Of a DNA stretch of 64,000 bases, positions 27,066 to 39,040 are shown in pieces. Positions within the stretch are counted from its first letter, which is position 1; each line of letters opens with the position of its first letter. The notes under the pieces were generated by a model that was given only the letters and a program-made list of their open reading frames with translations, did no database searches and was not told the DNA's origin. This stretch comes from Harriotta raleighana. Taxonomy: Eukaryota. The stretch is taken from the NCBI GenBank assembly GCA_050575255.1, contig JBNZDD010013721.1, forward strand, positions 9,699,372 through 9,763,371, given 5' to 3'. The position numbers and the translations under genes were made by a program.

Positions 27066-27563
27066 GTAGGTTGACATCAGCTGGAGGGAAAGAGGGAGGC
27101 CTTGTTGAAAATCCAAATCAATTTAGTACTTTTTGAAACTGGTGCCTACATCTGTCGGTTCTTAAGCAAACTCCAGACCAGTGATCGTCCCAACAAATTC
27201 CTGCTGTTTCAGAAGCACATTTCTTCACCGATGTGGAACTTTATTAGTGCGCCAAGCAATGTGAGACTGAGTGGAAGAAGAATTGCACAGCAGGTTGCCT
27301 GGGCACGTAAAGCATTACAGGATGTTAAAAATAAGAGTGTGCTGGTGTATCAGTTGATAGTCCTGATTGGTGCATGTTGAGGGAAAATTGAAGTGTGGAG
27401 CAACAGAAAAGACAATGCATTACAACCGCATTTCATGACGTTAAATGTCATCAAATACTTGATCCATTTTACCTGGAAGATTGTCAGCGAAATGAATACT
27501 GTGTGAAACTCCACTTTCAAATTCTGTCAACTCTGATATCCACTTATAGAACACATAGCTGGG

Positions 27564-27631
27564 ACGAAAGATGCCTTTAACTAAACAATACTAGATTAAA
27601 CCAGTATTGTTTAGTTAAAGGCATCTCTCGT
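27564..27631. repeat. near-perfect inverted repeat (29-bp arms, 10-nt loop)
   Basis: ACGAAAGATGCCTTTAACTAAACAATACT / AGTATTGTTTAGTTAAAGGCATCTCTCGT, 28 of 29 positions complementary. Confidence 0.95.
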
Positions 27632-29184
27632 TTTTTCCTCCCATGTTTTGGATTCTCTTTCTCTTCATTGTAACTGGATTACTCCAGGGATCAAAGAATA
27701 CAGTATTTCTGTATGCTACTGCCCAGATATTGCCTTATACAGTATAATAATATGCGATATCAAAATCCTGGGGTATTCGATGGAAACAAATTGCCATCAA
27801 ATGAGTTCCAAATTCCTTAAACTGCCTATTAGTGAGTTTTCTACACCTTACATAAAGATAATGGAGTCATGGGAGGGATTGGTTGGGACAGTGAGTTAAC
27901 AAGATGTCTTTTGACCCCCTGGGAATCTTGGATTGCACTTCGAATAGAAGATAATGGGATAAAGGACTTACCTGTACTCTGGAAGAAAGAGGACAAATGG
28001 AACAAGGAAATATTGACACAGTACGATACAACCCACTGAAGATGGGATTGAGGAACATGGATGGGAGATGATAGAAAAAGCTTTATTTTTCTTGTGGGCT
28101 TCACTATATTCGGAGAGAGAGTGCCTTATGCAGCCCCAGGAGGGCCGAAAGTGCCAAGACGTCCAACTGTGTTGCACTGATATCAAGCTCACGGTAATGA
28201 GCAGAAAAACATGGGCATATTTTAAATTGATAAGCAACTGGCTGCTTGCACTGCCAACCGACGAGTGGATGTTCAAGGAGTTATTAAAGGGCTGGGAAAG
28301 CATTGACATCCTTGGAATTTCAAGCTTAGATATTAAAACCTTTCCAGGTATCTAAATAGGAGCAGCAGCAGCAGTCTGGTTTTTGACTGCACAACTAATA
28401 TACTTTTCTTTTTTCTTTTTTTGCTTGGATCAGGACATGCACCTGATGGATGTGAGTGGAAATGATATGCTTCAGTTCTGTGCCTCCCGTCTGATTTTTC
28501 TCGCTCCGAATTGGTCATGCTTTGGCCCTGTTTCTTCTGCAGAGCGCAGTCGACTAACTCTTTTAACAATTCTCGGGCAATATGTTTTTTTGAGGGGGTG
28601 CGGAGGGAGGCAGGGAGTGGATTGATGTAGGGTTATCAGAGCGTTTGAGAGTGCAGCACAAGATGTTTCTGATGCCCTTAGGCACGCTGGTTCAAGGGGA
28701 GTGAACCACTGAGTGACCATTGCAGCAGAATAACCATTTTAATGAGATGTCTGGTGGGGCCGGACTCTTTCTCTCCCCACTTCCCAGGCAGCGAGTTTGC
28801 TTGATGAGGGCAAGGTATTTTGTGCTGCGCTGGGAGTTAAACAGGCTGACTAGGTAAACCAGAGGAAAGCAAACATCTGCTCTGGGTTGTAGTTGAATTG
28901 CACATCAAACGTTTGCTGTAATGAACTGCCAGGCATTCCCTTACACTTGTCCCCGGGTGATATTTGAGAAGACTTTTCTTTCTTCCGAAACACTAAAAAT
29001 GAAAACCTTCAGCTGTGCCGATGTTGTTGTGAAAAAAAATTGTTCATTGTTTTTACTCGAGCAGATGTACTATGTAGCTGCAGTGTGCTGTAATTATAGA
29101 TTTTAAAATTGTATGAACTTGATTCAGTAACTGCTCAGACTTTGACACCTTTCCCTGTAGCCTATTTTGTAACATCTGAGAAGT

Positions 29185-29320
29185 AAAATCCTTGCAGTTG
29201 GACATCTCAAAGTGCTTCACAGGATTTTACTGTGAAGCTTAGTCACAGTTTTACTTGTAGGCGAATGCAGCAGCCAATTTGCTTTCAGCAAGTTTCCAAC
29301 AAACAGCCATGTGAATGGCC
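29185..29320 (-). mobile_element. degenerate SINE 3' half
   Basis: CATCTCAAAGTGCTTCACAG...GCAGCAGCCAATTTGC...AACAAACAGC. Confidence 0.75.
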
Positions 29321-31676
29321 GTATTTGGGGCGCATTGTTGCATTTGAAAAGTATTGAAATAGTATTCGCCTCACACTGTGAATTGGGACTTGGACATGTG
29401 TTTAATCAACAGTGCTGGTTCATCAGAGTATCAAAGCAAGGCTTGCAAGTTGCTCGTTGACAAATTGCAGCGCATAGAAATGCAACATTGGGAATTCGGA
29501 TGCCAGAAATGTCATTTGATGCTCGCTCCTGTATCACTGTACACTCGCAGATGTGGAACAAACATGATATGTGTTAAACAAAACGTGTATCAGTGCTGGT
29601 TACCATGTGATCTGCCTGTTCATGCCCCTATCCAAGTGTTACCATCCTTCCAAAATGAAATGTCTGTATTTATTATGCAGTGCTTAATTGCAATGAATAC
29701 TGAAGTGTGCTTAAACGTACCTGTGATTCTCAAGATAATATTAATTCCAGAAAGGCTGGTTCACTGTAGTCTTACAGCGGTGTAAGACGACTTCTTCTGA
29801 ATGATAGCAATAGAAACAAAATGTGTGTCTTAAATGCTATTCCAATGACTGGTGACATTTTATCATCAGAATCAAATGTTTGGATAGATGTCAATCTGCA
29901 CAGCAATTTCAGAAAGTAAGGGAAAGGTTTTCCATTCAAACATCTGAACAATTTGCATACGGAAAACTTTGTTTGGAAAGAGTGGAGAGACTTGCTATTG
30001 AGAGAACAGTGCTTGTGAGTAATAATACTTATTTTCAATGCAGTGAAATAAATGTAGCATAAGCTACGTCTTGTAAAACCCCATCTACAAGCATGCTGGA
30101 AGCAGACATTCCTTTTCTAAGTATTAGAGTTGAAATGAGAATTTCTCTTTTATATGGAGCTGGTCATTGCCTTGATTTGGTTTCCATAATACAGTAATAC
30201 TGTAATTGTATTTTTTGTCTAAGGGAGCTCGACTTAAAAAAAAGAAATGTTTTGAATGGGTTTGATACAGTTTACTTACTTAAGTCCATTCCGGTGGTTT
30301 GCAGCATAATACGTCTTTGTGGCTAGTTCAAGAGAAACATTGATAGCTTTATACTATCAAACGTTGATAGTATAGAATTGCTAACTATAGCACTTGAAGT
30401 TACCTTCTGAAGCCGATTTGGACATGAGTTGACATTACTAAAGGTTTAGTAGTGTTGCCTGACACCTTCCTGGATCGTAACTAAATGCCAGAAAACAAAG
30501 GACAATAGACCCTAAAGTGTTCAGAAAACATTCGGAAAAAAAACTACAGCAGCAGCAGAGATGGGACATCTTGTGGACATTGGTGACATGGATGTCAACG
30601 TTGTGGATGGCTTACCGACTGTTAACAATCGTGTCATTGATATATCAGCTCAATGTTCATTTCTGTTTGTTATAAAAAGCAAAACAATTTTAAATGTAGT
30701 ATTAAATTGAAGTGCATTCAATGTTGTGCCTTACTGCGAAGAATAAATCTTGTTACCCAGAAAATAGAGCCTGGCAGAAACTAAAGGCAATATTAAGAGG
30801 TGTATTACATAATCAGGACCGAGCGTTAATATTTTTGTTCCATTAAAAACATGTCTCTTGTGATGCAGTTTACAGACCTCTGCATCTACTTCCTGAACAC
30901 CTTTTGAGTAATTACTCTCCTGATTCTACCCTTCATGCTCCCAAAATTGTGAGTGACCAGGGCAACGGAAAACTCAGCATGCGTGCAGTAAAGGCCAGCT
31001 CTACTTCCAACTTACAGACAGCGTTAAACATTATCACCTAGCCAGAATCGCACACGATCATGTTTGATAAGTGTTGTCTTAGGTTTTCCAGAGTTGACAT
31101 TGGGGCTATCCCAAGAATGTTTTAATTGACCATTGTAAGCGGAGGCCAAGACTATTTGTACTGGCGGCAGCGTGGAAAATCAATATGCTGGTGAAACTAC
31201 ATCCGCAAGGTGGTCTCGTAACCAAACTGCAGCATAGCACGATCACTGTGTGGTCGCGAACCTGAATTTATACTCTCTCTCTCTCTCGCTTTGTGATTTT
31301 GCCTGATCTTTCTCTAAATTGCTCTTTGAAAGCCTAACACAAACTCGGGATGGTGCGATTAACGCACACGGATAGCTTTTCCTGGATATCCTCGATCTAT
31401 TTGCAGAAAGTAACCAAAAAGGAGGAATTTTTGGATTGTTTCAAAGTTCTTTCTCCTTTTTCTTTCAAGCAAAATAAAAGCTAAAATGCGAACCAGACGA
31501 CTTGGAAAAGTGGGCAGTAAAAGATATCGAAATGGAGAGAAGTAGAAGCAGCTGGAGTTAATGTAATATAGAAGCTGAACAAGATTGTAGGTCCCACATC
31601 TGTGACCTAACTCTGACTGACAAGCATCCGTATAGCCCACAATCTGCCAAAGTCTTAATCCCAACGAAAATTAAAA

Positions 31677-31746
31677 ATGGCTGTTATCTGCCTTTGCATC
31701 TTTTCAATTATTGCACAGATAATCTGCCCTCTTTCATTTGCTGCTG
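31677..31746 (+). CDS. candidate signal-peptide-like first coding exon (unverified)
   Basis: AAAATGG Kozak context, MAVICLCIFSIIAQIICPLSFAA then CTG|GTGAGG phase-1 donor; a second perfect AAG|GTAAGT donor follows 31857. Confidence 0.2.
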
Positions 31747-31995
31747 GTGAGGCATTCACAACTGGAAAAGCCTGCAGTGGGCACTCACATTTGTGGTTCT
31801 GGCATAACATTTAGCAGCAAAAAGCAGAGTTGTCATACCATCTTGCCACGTTTGAAGGTAAGTACGAGTTTAATGCCACAAAAAAAGCTTCAGCAAGCGT
31901 TAAGAGTGAGCTTTTGAACAATCTGTTGATACTTCTGTGATCTTGAATGTTGGTGCAAGCTTGTCCAAAGAGAACCATGTCGTATATTCATTTTA

Positions 31996-32130
31996 TAATA
32001 ACAATCCTTCCATTCGATACAGTACTTTACCATTTCTTCCACCTGTCTCAAAGCGCTTCACAGAATATACCGTCAAGTGAATTGACTGTATTTTGTGGGC
32101 GAAAGGTGGCAGCCAGTTGCGCGAAGCAGT
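31996..32130 (-). mobile_element. tRNA-SINE 3' half
   Basis: TCTCAAAGCGCTTCACAGAATATAC...GAATTGACTGTATTTTGTGGGCGAAA...GCAGCCAGTTGCGC. Confidence 0.88.
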
Positions 32131-34119
32131 TGTTTTATTAGAATGAGCATTTCCTACAGTCTTGTGACTTTGCTATCCAACAATGGATTGCATCGATACA
32201 ACACCTTTCGTGTGGAAAAAAAATGCCTTGAAACTTTATGAAGAACAAGATTAATTAGAAATGAGGTGAATGCTATTGTTTAGAAGGCACACATCGTGGA
32301 TCCATTCCTCTGAAATGGCTTACCGACAGCAACAAGATAATTAGTCAATTAATTTCAATTAATTGGGGGGGGAATAGAAGGAATATAAAACTAGATAACT
32401 GGGAGATAAAATGCTGTGTTTGTTAATAATAGCAGCAGGGAAAATGCTTAAACATCCACCTAAATTACAAGGAAGATGATGCCTAAATCCACCACTGATT
32501 TTGTAAAAATTATATGCAAGAAGTTTGACTATTTCATGCTGATGGGATCAGTTGACATGTGCATTGAAAGAATCTCATGTGGGTCAGGTTTCTAGATGTG
32601 TGAAGTGATATAAGACTTGTGCGGTAAGTGATACCAAAAGATATTTCAGGAAGATGAATCTTTGCCGACAATATTTAGTGTCAATATTTATGCTGTTGAG
32701 GGTCTAATTGGCGGGATATCTTAAAGCGAGTTCTCTTAATCCATTAGCATTCCCATCGACTTGAAGGAACTGCACTCGGGGATTAGATTGCATTTCCCCA
32801 CCCAATTCCACACCCGATCGTCGCAACAGATATTTCTTTTCGGGCAGTGCTCTCCGTTTAAGCAGTTAGATTTCCGTGTGAAGGAAATACCCATCAAGAA
32901 ATGCCACAAACTTACCTCCACAGCAAATTAGTCCTTTGCTGCTTAATTTGTGACCGCATTCACGTTTCTTATTTGTTTTGCAAGTATCGCAACTTACACC
33001 AGAAATGGCATAGCCTGATCTCTGAAGCGAGCTTCTATATGGGTGGGCCATGAAAATCTAATCATTCCTCTTTCAGTTGTACATGTCTAAGAGAACTCTG
33101 TTGGTATGTTTCATCTCCCTGATGTGGGCTGTATTGCGGGAAAGCAACTTGAATAGAAATCATGCTGTCCAAGGGAAATCAAACAGCCCTTTGCAGGAAT
33201 TACACTAACCTGTATTGTGACCTTCTTGTGTTCTCTAGCGCTAAGATAGCATAAAGTGTTTAAACAGAAGCCTGTAACTAGTACGGCTGAGAAGAAATTG
33301 TGCAGCAAACCTGTATTTTTCTTCCCGTGGAGATTTTTGGGGACTGTTGCTCCAATGTTCAATTAAATCCCGTCTTGCCCTACAGAATGTTTGCCTTCGA
33401 GTGTCCTTGAATGGAATAGACCATTATTTCGGAGGTTGGAAATCGCTGATCCTTTTCAGTTGAGAGAAATTGGGGCAAACACACTGGCCCATTGTTTGGG
33501 CTTCACACTTTAAACATAGGTGATTAGGAAGCCATTGTTGGCATTTGATTCTTTAAAAAAGAACGTCTGCAGTAGGCAGATGTGCATTTAATCTCTGCGC
33601 ACACTCACTCGTTGCCTACGGTAAAGGGATACAAAACAAAGTGACAATCTGGCAGATTGAAAAGAATTGAAAGAATCTGTGCTCTAATTTGATTCATGAA
33701 GAGCGTAGATAATTTGATCAAGCAGAGGATGGCTATGCTTTACTCGATTTAGCACGGTATTGTGAACCCTTCTGGCATGCATGCGGTTCAATTTCTCTCC
33801 TCTTTCCACATCAACGTGAGAATCGCTTGTGGAAAGTGGGAGATGGGTGGTTGAGATTCGCTTCATTGCACCACAGCTGCACCCAGCGTAGCTGAACTCC
33901 AAATAAGCAAGTTGTCAGTTTGATGACCACGGTGGATCAGTTAGACACACTTCTACTGAACCTTGTCACCACTGAAGTCACCCATTGGTGGTGGGGGGAG
34001 GGGGGTAGGGTGGGTGAGGGGGGTTGCAGGGTTTGGGGCAGTGAGCTTACTTCATTTTATACCTTCACAGATGATTGCATTAGAATTGTTCTTAAAACAG
34101 AGATTTCACAGTTGGGCAA

Positions 34120-34306
34120 ATAAAAATAATAATCCTTATGTTTCATGCAGCACTTTATCACGTATGCTAGACGTCTCAAAGTGTTTCAGAGAATACACTG
34201 TCACATGAATTGACTGTATATTTGTGGGCGCAACAGGACAGCCAATTGCGCACAGCGGTCTCCCACAAACAGTCGTGGTTTGAAGTGACCAATTTATTAT
34301 TGTTTT
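34120..34306 (-). mobile_element. tRNA-SINE 3' two-thirds
   Basis: Tail, GACGTCTCAAAG, GCCAATTGCGCACAGCGGTCTCCCACAAACAGTCGTGG, GACCAATTTATT. Confidence 0.9.
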
Positions 34307-34983
34307 CATTTTAATGCGGCTTTCAATTGAAGTTCAGCCTTAGAAAGCGCAAGTGCACTGAGGAGTGAGTGAAAGTCTTTGTTTTGACTTGTGATTTTCA
34401 TTAACAACAGCTTGTTCCTCTCCAACTCTTCACAATTTATCTAATGGCACGTCAAAGCTTATTTGGCTACATCAGTAAACGAAAGGCACATGTTTCAACA
34501 CTTAGAAAGAAATCTTCGCTCGTCTTCCTTGCCATATCAGTTTAATTTTGCGAACAAGTTTTTTTTTCTTAGTGGATAATATTCTCGTGCATTTTTCCAT
34601 CAGACCACAGCACAAAATGTTGACACGACAAATTGCTATTCTATCGTGCCCTTCACGTTGGACAGATGACCCAGGGCGTGGGACAGCTGGGGGCTTTTCC
34701 ACTCAGTTACAAACGTGGAAGATCTCATACTTTGTTTGCCCAGGAATCCTCAATGAAAAATATTCTTGCATTTTACTTGCTGAAGTTGACTTGGAAGCCT
34801 TTATGCAGAGTGTTGCCCCAGGAGATTAACTAGATAGGAAACGTTCACAACGGGAAAGATCTTGCATGCCTTGTGGAAGCAACAGGCATATTAGACCAAA
34901 TGGCATTTTCCATATTGCAGTATACATTTTCCTCTGCAGACCAGACTTTCTGTACTTCTCAAGAATGCCCATTGACTACAGTC

Positions 34984-35094
34984 AAATATACAGTCAATTC
35001 ACTGTACTGCATATTCTGTGAAGCGCTTTTGACACGTCTAGAAGACGTGAAAAGCACTATATCATAGGCAAGTATTATTATTATTATTATTATT
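34984..35094 (+). mobile_element. tRNA-SINE 3' tail with (TAT)n
   Basis: ATACAGTCAATTCAC...TTCTGTGAAGCGCTTTTGACACGTCTAGAAGACGTGAAAAGCAC...(TAT)n. Confidence 0.9.
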
Positions 35095-35962
35095 TTGGTG
35101 TGCTCTGCCTTTCACTTACAAGGGTTTAAATGACATTGATCACAGGAAAGAAGTCTTTTCTGCTCTGCTTCTACCAAGAGATTACCTATTCTAATGACCA
35201 AATGGAGTCGAATAAAGTTAGACCCAGTGTGTGTCTTCTACGTGATACCATATTTCCTTTGTTCTCTGAGCAAATATTTGATCGAGGAATTGAGAACCTG
35301 TCGAAATTGATACTCTTATTTAAAGAGGCTTTGTCTTTGTAAGTGAAAGGTTTTGGCAATCCTTGTTTCTGTGTTTGCGAACAAACTGGATGCCAATAAT
35401 GATTAAAATTGCTTTGCTGGATTTGGTTACTTTCTGCAAATCATGTCCCTGTATAGCCCTGGGGCCTTCAGTGGATCAAATGTTTGCCAACAGAAATGCG
35501 ATCACTACACTTTATAATAAATCCTCTGAAGCCTTACCAGGAAGTCCTCCTTATGCCACAGTCTCTACACTGGCTGGGATTACTAGAATTGTAAAACAAC
35601 ATTTAGGCGAATGACTAATTCTATCTGGAGCCCTTGTTGGCCGGAACATTGGGAGACAATACCTTCTGTTTTTGAATAGTACTTTAACATCTATCTGAAT
35701 AAGCAGAAAAATACTGTGGTTATAGCATTTCATCTGAAAAACAAACAACATCTCCTGCAATACTGTACACTGTTCCCCTGGCTTTGTATTGGAGTGTTGG
35801 ATCAGTGTGGTCTTTGAGCCCAAAGGCATAACGTGAGGTCTGAACTCACAACGGATTTGACTCAGAGACGAGATTGCTACCAGCTGAACCTGGCAGAGAG
35901 CTATTGGTTTCAGACTTTCATCAGTTTCTTTGGTAACAGCAAAATGCATCCCCATCTTATCT

Positions 35963-36011
35963 TCTCTCTCTCTCTCTTTCTCTCTCTGCCTCTCTCTCTC
36001 ACCCTGTCTCT
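35963..36011. repeat. imperfect (CT)n microsatellite
   Basis: Visible CT dinucleotide run. Confidence 0.85.
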
Positions 36012-37709
36012 CACTTCCCAGACTTTTAGTTTGAAACATGCAATATAAATGCGATATCATTCTGCCCAACCCTTTTCAGGATTTGAAATACAGGGAAGAC
36101 AGGCTTTTCAGGCGTAAATGGTGCATTCAATTCAGTCTGCTTTATCTTATTTAAAATTGTTTCAGGTTATATTGGCTCACTTGAGATCACTTTGAATCGT
36201 GATTACAGTCCATCATTGGCCAATTTTAACGTCTCATAAAATATCCAGTTTTCAGAGTACAATCGGCTTATTCCCATTGAAAACTTCATTGATTTGAAAC
36301 AATAATGAAAGTACAAACCAGGTTGCTGTTACTGACAGCAAGACATTCCATTACAGAAAACTAATATCTTTTTACCAGACAGACATTGTGTATTGTTGCA
36401 TCCTTATCTAATATAAAAAAAAGTTAGAAATCTGGAGGGACCAGTTGATTATAAATGTGATTGAATTTGTGTGTTCTGCTTTACTGGAGACCAGAAACGT
36501 TAATGAAGGAAAGCTGCTGAATTTTTATTGCTTTATTCTTCTAATAGTATAAACTGCGCCAAGTCAAGTACTATAAGTTGCATGCTTCATTTGCTGCTTT
36601 TTGCTGACATAACAAAGAATTTTATTTCAACTCCCTAGGTGACCCTCTCAAACCTCTTGTGCTCTATGCCTTGCAAAGTAATGAAGCTAATGTTATCTTT
36701 GAGGAAGAAAATGGGAGTAAGGATGGTATAAAGGCCATCATTGCTATAGTAACTATTGTACCTTTGGGCATAGGCCAGTTCATTCATATTTCCATAGAAC
36801 AGTCTTGAAACTCCACTCACCCGCCAAACTGGAATACAGAGCTTACTCAAGTGATGAACAAAAAAAAACCTGGATACAGCAATTAGCAGCCATTCACTAG
36901 GTCAAGTCAGCGAGGGAGATGGTCTCATGTAAATTATCACATGACATCCATCCATTGATCTAATAGAGTCAGGAATATTAAGATTGCAAACTCTTCATTT
37001 GTCTACAGCGAATCTAAACCGACTGTGAAACTTTGTGTGTGGCCATCTTTACTGGCACAGATGCTAAAACATTCTTTACCTTTTCTGTAAAAGGATAATA
37101 TCAATTGTATTTGTTGAACCATTTACATCATAGAATACCATTTGGTTAAATCCTTTTTTTAAATTTTAAGTGGTATCAAAAGTATCCCTTGTTTTGAAAC
37201 AAACAAACAAACAAACTTTTTTTTAAGTTTCCACAATGTTAAAATCAAATGTCTTGTTTCAATTATACATGATGTTGTGCCTGGGCTGTCTTACTTGCAT
37301 TTTGGCCAGAAGCGTTCACTGAATATTTGATCAGTGAGATGGATCATGCTTTGTGCTGAAAATCTCTTTGACCATCTCCTATTGATCATATCTTTGTTGG
37401 ATATTTTGATTTTTGGACCTCTGCAGTTTTCATTGTGCTCGAATCAGCCTTCATCAGAATGAGTACGAAAATAGCTGTGTGACTCAGATTTCTTTTCCTG
37501 TGGTCTTGAAAGTCAGGGAGTAAAGTTTGATGCATTTCCCCTCACAATTTAAGACTAGCAACATGCAATGTGGGACCCAATTTTGGATTATAGACAATTG
37601 AAACCTTGTATTAGATGAAGGCAGGAACATTGACATGTTGTGCGCTCAAGCACTCTGAGACATTACCGCATGTGAAGGCCACTATACAGTATATTGTATT
37701 TACAGTATA

Positions 37710-38195
37710 CAGTAAAACCTTGTTTATCCGTGACTCGATGAACTGGAAAACCCGTTCAACCGCCATCTCCAAAAAAAAAGTCCCGATTCGATGAACCAAA
37801 AGTTATCCGCACCCAAGTACTGGTGCAGGTACTCGCGGCTGGCTGCTGGTCAGATCTAAACTCGCTCCTGCTCCTTTTAAAAGTTGAGTTTTTTTATCTC
37901 CGTCGGGTGAGGGCTGCAGTTGCGAAGTTAAGTATAAATGATAAAGTACTAATACAATATTAGCATTAGGGTCCTTAACCAACTGTCCAGCGCCTTGGGA
38001 CGTCCTCCCGACGTGAAACACGCTCTATAAATGCAATCTTGTTGTTGTTGTTGTTGTTGTTATTATTTAGTCTATTATTAATATGGAATGTGTTAAAATA
38101 ATTTTTAATTTATTTTTTAAAATCTGTGCAACCGGAATACCGTTTAACGGGCACTGGCCAGGTCCTGTGGGTGCTGGATAAACAGGTTTTTACTG
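37710..38195. mobile_element. non-autonomous Tc1/mariner (pogo/Tigger-like) MITE
   Basis: TIRs CAGTAAAACCTTGTTTATCC / GGATAAACAGGTTTTTACTG (18/20), flanked by TA at 37708-37709 and 38196-38197; no transposase ORF. Confidence 0.85.
37983..38066 (+). mobile_element. L2 3' tail with (TTG)n nested in the MITE
   Basis: CAGCGCCTTGGGACGTCCTCCCGACGTGAAACACGCTCTATAAATGCAA(TTG)n. Confidence 0.85.
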
Positions 38196-38924
38196 TATGT
38201 TTGTGCAATTTTTGTTTGTTGATGTGATGGTTCGAGCTGTGGCTTTCCTGTCTCTTGACCGCTTGAAGTATCTGCTGAGAATAAAGGGGGCACTAAGGGG
38301 TTGNGTGTGCAATTTTTGTTTGTTGATGTGATGGTTCGAGCTGTGGCTTTCCTGTCACTTGACCGCTTGAAGTATCTGCTGAGAATAAAGGGGGCACTAA
38401 GGGGTTGAAATATTTCTAGGGCTAAGTAACATCCGTAATCTGATGTTATTTACAAGCATCAGTGCAGAGGAAGAAATGCGGGATTTTCAACAGCAGAGCA
38501 AGTAGGGATTAGCTGACGCTGTGCTGACCATCTAGCAAGGAAAATAGCTGCTTCACTCCGATGTGACTGGTTTACTGATTTCCTTCCTTTACTGGAGCGA
38601 TTTGAGGATCCACAGTTTATCCAGTTATCGTCCTATTCAGGATCAGACACGGCACAGTGAGAGAGTTGAAACATAATTGGTAAATCTGTTTGTAAAACGG
38701 TAAGTGGCTGCTAAATGGCCCAGAGTGGGGTTCAAAAACTTATGGTTTTGATACTAAAATCTGTGGAAAGAACACTCTGTCACTAAAATGGGCAGTAAAG
38801 TGCACCCATCAGTAACTGTATTAACAGGCTCTACAGTATACCAAAAAACAAGCCCATTCTTCACGAAGGTGTCTTCAGCTTCATTCGCTTGATGTTTTAC
38901 TGGTTTGGAACTAGCGTCACTTGC

Positions 38925-39040
38925 ATCGGCCTTCCCAACCCTCCCCCTCACAAGCTGCAGATCATCCAGAACTCAGTGCCTTGGGACATCCTCCAAAGGC
39001 GCTCTATAAATGAAATTTTGTTGTTGTTATTGTAGTTGTT
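38925..39040 (+). mobile_element. internally deleted L2 fragment
   Basis: TCGGCCTTCCCAAC...CACAAGCTGCAGATCATCCAGAACTC (matches the reverse complement of 9186-9235) joined directly to the tail GTGCCTTGGGACATCC...(TTG)n. Confidence 0.8.

Noticed and set aside
30350-30374. 11-bp-arm palindrome TATACTATCAA-ACG-TTGATAGTATA
   Set aside because: Short and AT-rich; a plausible chance or local inversion product
35551-36069. Longest ORF (172 aa, minus strand)
   Set aside because: Non-ATG start, runs through a (GA)n microsatellite giving ERERQREKERE, and has no recognisable domain
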